From a virus: DNA of 37,179 bases. Shown in pieces: positions 8,626 through 16,510 of this stretch (position 1 is the stretch's first letter; every line of letters starts with the position of its first letter). The stretch spans positions 1-37,179 of the IMG/VR virus record IMGVR_UViG_3300045988_036825. One strand, 5' to 3'. The notes under the pieces are model-generated. The model was not told the DNA's origin. It saw only the letters and a list, made by a program, of their open reading frames with translations, and did no database searches. The translations under genes and the position numbers were made by a program.

Positions 8626-9054
8626 ATGGAAGTATATAGAAACAACATCGGTCAATTGTTGAAAGTAATAAGAGCCCAAAACGGACGGATCATAACGATT
8701 TGTGGGAAGGAAACAAAATGCGGAAAGGAAACGGAGAGTTTCGAGAACGAAAAGCAATTCAACGTGCACCTGTATAACAAAGGTTTTCACCTTGCAATGA
8801 CAGACCGCGCCACACTGTTTGCGCGCCGCTACGAAGAAGCCGGGGACTTATCAACGTTTATTGATATGATCCCCAACAAAGAGTTAGCCTTTCAGAAAGA
8901 CGGTGCGATTTACACATGCTGGTTTTTAGCATTCAAGCCTAATGGTATGGTAGAGGTTAAGGCCAATACGGATTTCTCGTACACGAACGAACTAGGATAC
9001 AAGGCGGTGACATTAAACATATCGGATTTAATTGTAATTCAGGGAGATATTTAA
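8626..9054 (+). CDS. Hypothetical protein (142 aa)
   Basis: ORF track entry, tightly packed with neighbours, no recognisable motif. Confidence 0.6.
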   Translation: MEVYRNNIGQLLKVIRAQNGRIITICGKETKCGKETESFENEKQFNVHLYNKGFHLAMTDRATLFARRYEEAGDLSTFIDMIPNKELAFQKDGAIYTCWFLAFKPNGMVEVKANTDFSYTNELGYKAVTLNISDLIVIQGDI

Positions 9055-9056
9055 TT

Positions 9057-9485
9057 ATGGTAGAATTCAACAAGAAACTTAAAATAGATCGCATCAATCT
9101 ATTTTGTGATGTGGTCACGAAGATGGCGAACGGCACTCCCGCCGAGGGTTACACGATAGGAGACGCTATCAAACGATTACCAGAAAACCTGCAACAGTAT
9201 CTAATATCAGAAGTGCCAGATAGCATACTACGAAGGGAGTACAGCCGCCGGGAACTTCATAAAGGCGAGGGCGTGGTATTCGAAGGGGCTGACACGGTGG
9301 CCGAGGTTTACAAGGAAGAAATATTTAACGCTAACCGGGCGGGAGCCGTGAAGGACTTGCTAGGGATTAAATCACGGTTCCCCGATATACTGGACGTGAT
9401 CGAAGAAGTACTAAAGTGTTTTCCGGAGCGGTACACGCTAGATGATATTTACGATATGCTGTATAAAAAGGATTTGGGCTTATGA
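9057..9485 (+). CDS. Hypothetical protein (142 aa)
   Basis: ORF track entry. ATGA overlap with the downstream gene. Confidence 0.6.
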   Translation: MVEFNKKLKIDRINLFCDVVTKMANGTPAEGYTIGDAIKRLPENLQQYLISEVPDSILRREYSRRELHKGEGVVFEGADTVAEVYKEEIFNANRAGAVKDLLGIKSRFPDILDVIEEVLKCFPERYTLDDIYDMLYKKDLGL

Positions 9486-9889
9486 AAGAATATAGAGTAG
9501 GTGAAGTATTCACCACGGACGAAGGTAAGACCGTTCAATGTGTGAGGAGTAACGGTTTATGCAGTGGGTGCGTTTTCCTCACAAAGATAGGCAGCACACC
9601 ACGATGCAAGGCAGGCGATATGGATTGCTCCGAGTGTTCGCGCGAGGACGGGCAACACGTTATCTTCGAAGAACTGGAAGAACTCAAGCGGAACACGGAG
9701 TACCCGGTAGGTAAAGTGCTAGCGTTCGACGGTATGGCGGTGGAAGTGGTAGGCAACAACAAGCTATACAAGGATTGTATAGGGTGCGTATTCCTTAACG
9801 ACATTGACTGTAACGATGTATTCTGCACTCCTGGTGAACGGACGGATGAGGAGTACGTAAAATTTATAGAGCATGTTACAGAGGAGTAA
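9482..9889 (+). CDS. Cys-rich protein built from two homologous halves
   Basis: YRVGEVF..G..V.CV......C.GCVFL in the first half recurs as YPVGKVL..G..VEVV......CIGCVFL in the second. There are about 13 Cys in total. Confidence 0.6.
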   Translation: MKEYRVGEVFTTDEGKTVQCVRSNGLCSGCVFLTKIGSTPRCKAGDMDCSECSREDGQHVIFEELEELKRNTEYPVGKVLAFDGMAVEVVGNNKLYKDCIGCVFLNDIDCNDVFCTPGERTDEEYVKFIEHVTEE

Positions 9890-11261
9890 TTTACACGGCT
9901 ACCAGCTTACCGCCGTAGAACATATCAAGGAACACCCGGACGCGGCCCTATTCCTTGATATGGGACTGGGAAAGACGGTAAGCACGCTAACAGCCGTAGC
10001 CGATCTTATAAACGAGTTCGAAGTGACCAAGGTTTTGATCGTAGCGCCAAAGCGCGTGGCGGAAATGACTTGGGGCGATGAGATCGAGAACTGGGCGCAT
10101 ATCCGACACCTCCGTTTGTCAGTCATTAAAGGCACGGCGAAGCAACGCGAGATCGCCGCACGAGCAGACGCTGATGTGTACACGGTTAGCCGTGACAACC
10201 TTGTTTGGCTTCTGCAAATGTGGGGCGGGTCTAAAGTACCGTACGACATGTTAGTACTCGATGAGCTTTCCTCTTTCAAGAATCACCAGTCTAAGCGCTT
10301 TAAAGCCGCGAAGATTATCCGGCGCAGTGTTAGCCGGGTTGTGGGTCTGACAGGAACGCCCGCGCCGAACGGACTAATAGACCTATGGGCGCAAATGTAT
10401 TTAGTCGACGGCGGGCAACGGCTGGGAAAGACGATAACCGATTACAGGGCTAACTATTTCAGACCGGGAGCGCAAAACGGCGGGATCGTTTACGAGTACA
10501 AACCGCTCGCGACAACCGAGGCGGTATTAGGTGAGAAGATAGCCGACATTACCCTTTCGATGAAGGCGTTAGACTTCTTGGATATGCCGGAACTTACATA
10601 CGTGAACAACTATGTAGAACTATCTGCCAAAGTGAAGAAGATGTACGACAAGTTTGAAGAAGAACAGGTTTTGCAGCTACTAAGGGATTCCAACTACGAC
10701 TATGCCGAGATCACCGCACTAAGCGCCGCCGCCTTATCAAACAAGCTCTTACAGTTCGCGGGCGGATCGGTTTACGATGCAGGCCGGAATGTAAGGGTGG
10801 TGCACGATGAGAAACTGGAAACGTTGGTTGAGATGATAGAAGCCGCGAACGGTTCGCCCGTGCTTGTGGCGTACAACTTCCAGCAAGAGAAGGCGCGGAT
10901 ACTGGAAGCCTTGAAAAGCTTTGGAGCGGAGGCACTGGAAGGCGTGGACAGCGTACGCAGGTGGAACGAGGGGAAGATACCCGTATTAGTTACTCATCCG
11001 GCTAGCGCGGGCCACGGGCTGAATATGCAGAAGGGAGGAAACCGGATCATCTGGTACGGTACTACATGGAGTTTGGAACTCTATCAGCAGTTCAACGCCC
11101 GGTTATGGAGACAGGGTCAGAAGAATAGTGTGTTTGTTCACCATATAGTAACGAAGGGCACGATAGACGAGCGGGTTATAGCGGCTCTAAGCGGGAAAGC
11201 TGATACACAGAACGGACTTATGAATATGGTTAAGGAACTAATTAAAAAATACAGAGTATGA
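9873..11261 (+). CDS. SNF2/Rad54-family helicase (DEAD-like ATPase)
   Basis: Motif I DMGLGKT, motif II LVLDELSSFKN, motif III LTGTPAPNGLIDLW, motif V HPASAGHGLNMQ, motif VI ARLWRQGQ. Confidence 0.9.
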   Translation: MLQRSNLHGYQLTAVEHIKEHPDAALFLDMGLGKTVSTLTAVADLINEFEVTKVLIVAPKRVAEMTWGDEIENWAHIRHLRLSVIKGTAKQREIAARADADVYTVSRDNLVWLLQMWGGSKVPYDMLVLDELSSFKNHQSKRFKAAKIIRRSVSRVVGLTGTPAPNGLIDLWAQMYLVDGGQRLGKTITDYRANYFRPGAQNGGIVYEYKPLATTEAVLGEKIADITLSMKALDFLDMPELTYVNNYVELSAKVKKMYDKFEEEQVLQLLRDSNYDYAEITALSAAALSNKLLQFAGGSVYDAGRNVRVVHDEKLETLVEMIEAANGSPVLVAYNFQQEKARILEALKSFGAEALEGVDSVRRWNEGKIPVLVTHPASAGHGLNMQKGGNRIIWYGTTWSLELYQQFNARLWRQGQKNSVFVHHIVTKGTIDERVIAALSGKADTQNGLMNMVKELIKKYRV

Positions 11262-12361
11262 ATGTATTGAGTTTATTTGACGGTATGAGTTGCGGGCAGA
11301 TAGCCCTTACCAATCTAGGTTGTTTCCCGGATAAGTACTACGCTTCCGAGGTGGATAAGTTCGCCATACAGCAGACGCGGCACGTGTTCCCTGACACGAT
11401 ACACATAGGGGACGTTACGCTGGTGGACGTGTCGAAGCTGGATAGGATAGATTTGATTATAGGCGGAAGCCCGTGCCAATCGTTTTCTTTCGCGGGAAAA
11501 CAGGCGGGGATGGCTACGACGGAAAACATAGAGATAACAGACCTGGATCAATATCTAGATCTTAAAATATTGGGGTTCGAGTTTACCGGACAATCCTATC
11601 TGTTTTGGGAGTACATGCGGATATTGACGGAAGTACGGAAGTACAACCCCGGAGTGAAGTTCCTATTGGAAAATGTGGTTATGTCGAAGAAGTGGGAAGC
11701 GGTACTAACTAATGCGATCGGAGTTGAACCCGTAATGATTAACAGCAACTTATTATCAGCGCAGAACCGGAAGCGGCTGTACTGGACGAACATCGCGGAG
11801 ATCACGCAGCCGGAAGATGAAGGTATATTTATCCGTGATATTCTCGAGGACAACGCAGACGAAAAATATTGTGTATCGGATAAAGCCCTTGAAGGCATGA
11901 TCAATCACGCGAGGGTTAACGCCGAGAAAGGAAACGGCTTCGGTGCGCGCATAGTTTCCCCCGACGGGAAAGCAAATACCGTAGTACAACGTTGTTACAA
12001 GGACGGAAGAGACAATCTAATAGCAGTACTAAATGAGATAAGTCCGCGCGTGGTTGACGTGTCTATAAACGAGAACGGAATAAGACCCCATAGGGGAGAC
12101 GCGCGGAAGTCCGGTATCGGAGAACTGGGAACTATCCGGTTTGAATCTTCAAAAGCGGACACGCTCCTAACAAGCAGCAAACCGTTAATATTAGACCGTG
12201 AATATAAGCTAAGACGGTTAACGCCCCTGGAGTGCGCCCGCTTGCAGACCGTACCGGATTGGTACGAGTGGATAGTGTCGGACACGCAGATATACCGCAT
12301 GTGCGGGAACGGTTGGACGGTTAGAGTTATTGAACATATATTAAAAAATTTATTCGTATGA
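11258..12361 (+). CDS. dcm: DNA (cytosine-5)-methyltransferase, orphan (no adjacent restriction endonuclease)
   Basis: Motif I LSLFDGMSCG, motif IV GGSPCQSFSFAG, motif VI ENV, motif VIII QNRKRLYW, motif X GNGWTV. Long variable region between VIII and IX. Confidence 0.9.
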   Translation: MNVLSLFDGMSCGQIALTNLGCFPDKYYASEVDKFAIQQTRHVFPDTIHIGDVTLVDVSKLDRIDLIIGGSPCQSFSFAGKQAGMATTENIEITDLDQYLDLKILGFEFTGQSYLFWEYMRILTEVRKYNPGVKFLLENVVMSKKWEAVLTNAIGVEPVMINSNLLSAQNRKRLYWTNIAEITQPEDEGIFIRDILEDNADEKYCVSDKALEGMINHARVNAEKGNGFGARIVSPDGKANTVVQRCYKDGRDNLIAVLNEISPRVVDVSINENGIRPHRGDARKSGIGELGTIRFESSKADTLLTSSKPLILDREYKLRRLTPLECARLQTVPDWYEWIVSDTQIYRMCGNGWTVRVIEHILKNLFV

Positions 12362-12831
12362 AAACAGCAAATTACAAAAAAGGTGATGTAGTATTATTGG
12401 GTGATGGAAACCGTTACGAATATTTAGGCGAAGTGCCCGCAGTGGATATTATGGCGAACGCGTATAAGCCGCTAGACGGAAAGACCATGTACGCCACGAT
12501 AATAAACGACGCTGGCGAGTTCGCGCCGTTCGCTAGCAAGTTATACGCCGAGGTGGTAGGCTTGAAATGGTACGAGAAGGTATTGCGGTGGTGGAAGGCA
12601 TCGAACCGATGGAAGCATTTCCTTTTCGCGATCCCGCTAGGCGCGGTATGCGGTGCTCCGTTCACTACGGGCGTAGGGCTAGGGATGGAAATAAAGGATC
12701 ACCTGTACGGCGGGAAGGCTGATTTCGTGGACTTCGCGTTAACCGCGGCTGGCGGCTTTATCGGGCACGGGGCGATGCTCCTTATCGGTTTGGACTATTT
12801 AATAAGGTATTTAATCAATTTAATTTTTTAA
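12358..12831 (+). CDS. Hypothetical membrane protein
   Basis: The C-terminal half has Gly-rich hydrophobic segments (FLFAIPLGAVCGAPFTTGVGLG, LTAAGGFIGHGAMLLIGL). Confidence 0.6.
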   Translation: MKTANYKKGDVVLLGDGNRYEYLGEVPAVDIMANAYKPLDGKTMYATIINDAGEFAPFASKLYAEVVGLKWYEKVLRWWKASNRWKHFLFAIPLGAVCGAPFTTGVGLGMEIKDHLYGGKADFVDFALTAAGGFIGHGAMLLIGLDYLIRYLINLIF

Positions 12832-12834
12832 AGT

Positions 12835-13140
12835 ATGGCAGACATGGAGCATTTATTTAGAGAACAGGAGATGAAGGAGCAGGAAGTGGCGGGCATCAGA
12901 ACCGGGCGTTTTAAAACGGCGCTGGATCGTGCGGAGAAGGCGCAGTACAATATGCGCAAGAAGATAGCGAAGGCGGACGCCGAGCGAGTTATAGTATACG
13001 CCGAACGCATACTGCGTAGCGCGCGGGACGTGAGCAACATCATAGTGTACCGGAAGAACGATCCGGAGAAACGGATAGACCTTTCACGAAACGAAGCGCT
13101 ACGGCTTATCATAGAACTAAAGGAGGCACTAGCGAAATGA
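12835..13140 (+). CDS. Hypothetical coiled-coil protein (101 aa)
   Basis: ORF track entry, charged helical composition. Confidence 0.55.
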   Translation: MADMEHLFREQEMKEQEVAGIRTGRFKTALDRAEKAQYNMRKKIAKADAERVIVYAERILRSARDVSNIIVYRKNDPEKRIDLSRNEALRLIIELKEALAK

Positions 13141-13238
13141 TGAAGGACGGATTGAAAATGCTAGGGCAATTAGTCCTGGCAATCGCGGCGGGGATCGCGC
13201 TTGGTTGTATTTTAGTATGTATCTTAAATAATTTATAG
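13137..13238 (+). CDS. Hypothetical single-TM micro-protein (33 aa), not in the ORF track
   Basis: ATGA-coupled to the upstream gene. Translation: MMKDGLKMLGQLVLAIAAGIALGCILVCILNNL. Its stop lies 1 nt before the next ATG. Confidence 0.4.
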   Translation: MMKDGLKMLGQLVLAIAAGIALGCILVCILNNL

Positions 13239-13239
13239 C

Positions 13240-13779
13240 ATGCCGACACCATACGTTAAGAAGAAACAGAGAAGGGTTTTATTAGTTGAGGACATGGCAC
13301 GCGTTTATAATCTTCATGCGTTCTTCATCTTCAACTGGCTCGAGGCGAACGGCGTGAAGTACGCCAAGGTGAAAGGCAAACCGTTTCACATGGTTAACGC
13401 CGAGATATTCTGTGGGGCTGTCCGGGATATAATGTACGCGGCAAGCAAGGTACGGGACGACCGTAATACGCGGATGCAACCGGAGCGAATACCAACAATA
13501 GAAAACATGCTATATCGTGACAAGGACAAGAAGCGCATAGGGCCCTACGAAAATGATGACATAGAGCGCCCGATCTATCCGAGCAAAGACACCGAGACGA
13601 ACAAATACGGCATAGAGGTTTCAATGCTGTACAGGGTGAATATGTACTGTGACGGTAGCAGGACACTAGACAAGTTGAACCACCGTACTTTGAGATGGGA
13701 GACCATAGAAAGGGCGGAGAAACGGAAATGTAAAGATATTTTGGACGACTGGAAAGTTCTATACGGGTTGATTATGTAG
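13240..13779 (+). CDS. Hypothetical protein (179 aa), last gene before the late-operon control region
   Basis: ORF track entry. The basic N-terminus (PYVKKKQRRVLLVEDMARVY) could be DNA-binding, but I recognise no family. Confidence 0.6.
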   Translation: MPTPYVKKKQRRVLLVEDMARVYNLHAFFIFNWLEANGVKYAKVKGKPFHMVNAEIFCGAVRDIMYAASKVRDDRNTRMQPERIPTIENMLYRDKDKKRIGPYENDDIERPIYPSKDTETNKYGIEVSMLYRVNMYCDGSRTLDKLNHRTLRWETIERAEKRKCKDILDDWKVLYGLIM

Positions 13780-13786
13780 GAATTGA

Positions 13787-13819
13787 GGGGTTAATGTATA
13801 AAAACGTTAATCCCTTTTT
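13787..13819 (+). terminator. Rho-independent terminator ending the second transcription unit
   Basis: GGGGTTAA (13787..13794) pairs with TTAATCCC (13807..13814), including one G-U pair. 12-nt loop, then TTTTT (13815..13819). Confidence 0.6.
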
Positions 13820-13949
13820 GTGTTAAATTTGTTAACATGCTTCTGACGCACTTCGGAAAAAACTTTGTGAGAGAAAACTTTTTAGAGAAAATGTTCGAAT
13901 TTAACTGTATTTTAACTAAAAAGCGTGTTTTTGACAAAAAAGTAGCCAA

Positions 13950-14335
13950 ATACATCTTTTACATTGCCGTTTCATCTTTTACACCCAACCAGCTCCACAG
14001 GACGCAGAACGCACTTTTCAAGTTTTTGATGTAAAAGATTAAAATTTGTATCTTTTACACCTAACTTGCTTATTCATAGTACTTTATACTGTAATATAGT
14101 GTATTTGTAAAAGATGTAAAGATGATTACTATAGAGTACCTTTTAAAAAGAAGAAATATAGTTAACATAAATATACTATTGTTATTTTAAATAATTTATT
14201 TCGTCTTTTTTTTTATTTTACTCTAATAGAGAAACTATCTTTTATCTTTTACAATTGGCGATTTTCGCCCGTAATTTACTGATACGCAATTAGTTAGGGC
14301 GTAAAAGATGATATAATTCTATCTTTTACACTAAA
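13950..14335. promoter_or_regulatory. Iteron module A: eight copies of ATCTTTTACA / TGTAAAAGAT
   Basis: + orientation at 13954, 13974, 14050, 14244, 14321. - orientation at 14030, 14106, 14301 (9/10 match). Coordinates are the first base of each 10-mer. Confidence 0.8.
14030..14124. repeat. 95-bp conserved core, copy A (93/95 identical to 34360..34454)
   Basis: Aligned by eye. Only two substitutions (CACCTAAC vs CACTTAAC, TATTCATAG vs TATTTATAG). Contains the inverted pair TGTAAAAGAT-N10-ATCTTTTACA. Confidence 0.9.
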
Positions 14336-14411
14336 AACGGCTTATTTAGATAAAGTGCTGTGTTTGAATCAGTTAGCGCACATTTTACGGATTACATAGG
14401 CGTACAGGGCA

Positions 14412-14439
14412 TTTGAGACGGGCGAAATGATTACTTTTG
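14412..14439 (+). promoter_or_regulatory. Candidate late promoter with sub-optimal spacing (TTTG-N16-TACTTTTG)
   Basis: TTTG 14412..14415 and TACTTTTG 14432..14439, 23 nt upstream of the TerS ATG. The spacer is 16 nt instead of the usual 19-21. Confidence 0.35.
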
Positions 14440-14462
14440 TACGGGAATGTAAATAAAATTAT

Positions 14463-15173
14463 ATGGCTACAGAGAAGAAACAGATAACAGAAACCACGAA
14501 GCCCGTGGAGCTTCCAAAGGAGAAGCCCGTACCGGAGGAAAGGGTTAAAGCGGCGTGCGGTGGTGGAGCGATCCGGCCGACGTACGCGTCCACGCAATAC
14601 CTCTCCGATTCGTTCGAGTGCACCCGATGTTACCAGCTGGCAACGCGCCGGTTCGGCAAAACGCCCGTATGGCAGGACCCCGCCGAGCTGTGGGAGGCCT
14701 ACGCGATTTACACCGCTTGGTGCGAGGCTACGCCCGTTATAGTGTACGAGCCGATAAAATCGGGACCGGCAGCGGGAACGCTATACGAGGTACCGAAGAA
14801 GCACCTTCAGAGCGAAAGCGAGTTTACGGCGTTCCTGGGGGCTGGGGTGAAGTACCTGCACGAACGCCGCAACACTTATACGAAGAACTTCGAGGAGTTC
14901 GGTTTGTCGGTATGCGAGGAGTTCGTAGAGACGATAGACCGCATACGCGCCGAGATCGCGGCGGACATGGATCAAGGGGCGAGCGTAGGGCAATTCGACG
15001 CACAATATATTAGGGCGCTACGCGGGATCAAGATGCAAATGGATTACACGTCTAACGGCGAAGCCATCAAGGGCGGTTTGACTGTGAACGTCACAGACCC
15101 GAAAGTGTCTGCAAGGATGGGAAAGCTGAAAGACTTCAAGAAGGACCATAAAGAAGAAGGGGAGAAGAAATGA
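14463..15173 (+). CDS. terS: Terminase small subunit (gp3-like DNA-packaging protein)
   Basis: Immediately upstream of and ATGA-coupled to TerL. DPAELWEAYAIYTAWCE...FTAFLG resembles the conserved N-terminal helix region of small terminases. Confidence 0.5.
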   Translation: MATEKKQITETTKPVELPKEKPVPEERVKAACGGGAIRPTYASTQYLSDSFECTRCYQLATRRFGKTPVWQDPAELWEAYAIYTAWCEATPVIVYEPIKSGPAAGTLYEVPKKHLQSESEFTAFLGAGVKYLHERRNTYTKNFEEFGLSVCEEFVETIDRIRAEIAADMDQGASVGQFDAQYIRALRGIKMQMDYTSNGEAIKGGLTVNVTDPKVSARMGKLKDFKKDHKEEGEKK

Positions 15174-16342
15174 ATTGTACGTACGTCTTTAACAAGATGC
15201 TGGACTACTTCGTCGATCCGAACATAAGAGGGATCGCCAGCAAAGGCGGTACGCGTTCCTCTAAGACGTGGAGCGTGTTACAGCTTCTTTATCTCGTGGC
15301 TAGGGAAAGCCCCGACCCGTTAATGATCTCATGTGTTACCGACACGCTTCCAGCCGTAAAGCGTGGTATGTTCCGTGACTTCCGGAACATGTTACTGGAC
15401 GAGGGACTTTGGGACGATAACGCCCTCAACAAGTCTGATATGATCTACACGGTTAAACCGGGCGTGTGTATCGAATTCTTCGGGTGTGATAACGCGTCAA
15501 AGGTTCACGGCCCGGCGCGTGACATTCTTTTCATCAACGAGGCACAGCGCGTACCCCGCGAAATCTTTCGGCAGTTGGACGTTCGTACGACGCTTAAGGT
15601 TATCATTGACTTTAACCCGGTGCGGCGCTTCTGGGGTGAGACGGACTTCACAGGCGACAAGTACGTAACAATCCACTCGACATACAAGGATAACCCGTAT
15701 TTGTCGAAGCAGCAGGTCGAGGCGATCGAACGGAACGCGAAGGACGCTAATTGGTGGCGCGTCTACGGTGAAGGGCTGACGGGCGGGCTGGAAGGCCTCG
15801 TATATCCCCAAATCGAGACGATCGACGCTTTGCCGGAGGATTTAACGGGCGAGGACGTAAAGTTCGTTACAGGGCTTGATTTTGGCTTTCAGAACGACCC
15901 GACCGCTATTGTCAAAATCTACATGCGAGGCATGAACCTGTACATAGACGAAGTGTGTTACGAAACCAAGATGCTCAACCGCACGATCGCCGAACGGCTG
16001 AAGGACGAAGGACTACACCGTACCATTACGGTATGTGACAACGCGGAGCAGAAGTCTATTATAGAGTTACGCGGCCTAGGCTGCAACACGATCCCCTGTA
16101 TCAAGGGGAAAGGTTCGATCCGGGCGGGCATCCAGCAGGTGAAGCAGTTCAACCTGTTTGTTACGAAGCGGAGCACGAACGTACTGGACGAGGCGGACAA
16201 TTACACCTACGTCAAGGACAACCTAACCGACACTTATACGAACGAGCCGATAGACGATTACAACCACGCTTGGGACGCAATACGTTACGGCGTTGATTAT
16301 CTTATACGTAAATACCGCCCGAAGTACGCGAGAAATGATTAG
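15170..16342 (+). CDS. terL: Terminase large subunit (PBSX / Terminase_3-like)
   Basis: Walker A-like KGGTRSSKT, Walker B ILFINEA, nuclease-domain acidic motif GLDFGFQNDPTA, and C-terminal NHAWDAIRY. Confidence 0.9.
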   Translation: MNCTYVFNKMLDYFVDPNIRGIASKGGTRSSKTWSVLQLLYLVARESPDPLMISCVTDTLPAVKRGMFRDFRNMLLDEGLWDDNALNKSDMIYTVKPGVCIEFFGCDNASKVHGPARDILFINEAQRVPREIFRQLDVRTTLKVIIDFNPVRRFWGETDFTGDKYVTIHSTYKDNPYLSKQQVEAIERNAKDANWWRVYGEGLTGGLEGLVYPQIETIDALPEDLTGEDVKFVTGLDFGFQNDPTAIVKIYMRGMNLYIDEVCYETKMLNRTIAERLKDEGLHRTITVCDNAEQKSIIELRGLGCNTIPCIKGKGSIRAGIQQVKQFNLFVTKRSTNVLDEADNYTYVKDNLTDTYTNEPIDDYNHAWDAIRYGVDYLIRKYRPKYARND

Positions 16343-16351
16343 ATTTGCAGC

Positions 16352-16510
16352 ATGAGAGTGGACGATCGGGTGCGCATTAAATACGATTACGCCGGGAACA
16401 CCGGGACAGTCACGGACATCGGGGTGCTGGGAGCGGTCGTACAGTGGGACGGCTCGAACGTCGAGGAGTGGTATTATTACGAGGAACTAGAACTGATTGA
16501 ATATGAGTAA
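16352..16510 (+). CDS. Hypothetical small protein (52 aa), not in the ORF track
   Basis: ATG 16352 lies 9 nt after the TerL stop. Translation: MRVDDRVRIKYDYAGNTGTVTDIGVLGAVVQWDGSNVEEWYYYEELELIEYE. Fills an otherwise empty 150-nt gap. Confidence 0.5.
   Translation: MRVDDRVRIKYDYAGNTGTVTDIGVLGAVVQWDGSNVEEWYYYEELELIEYE

Noticed and set aside
13837-14034. 65-aa ORF from the track lying inside the non-coding control region
   Set aside because: It runs through three iteron sites and starts just after a terminator. It has odd low-complexity composition and no counterpart in the homologous module B, whose sequence differs here while the sites are kept. The conservation pattern is that of DNA sites, not of a protein.
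13950-14335. CRISPR array as an explanation for the short repeats
   Set aside because: The repeat unit is only 10 bp, occurs in both orientations, and has irregular 10 to 128-nt spacing. There are no cas genes.
14555-15013. Arg/Gly-rich 152-aa and 60-aa alternative-frame ORFs inside the small terminase gene
   Set aside because: This is the typical off-frame composition of a locally GC-rich coding region. They are nested entirely in the TerS frame, which is coupled to TerL.
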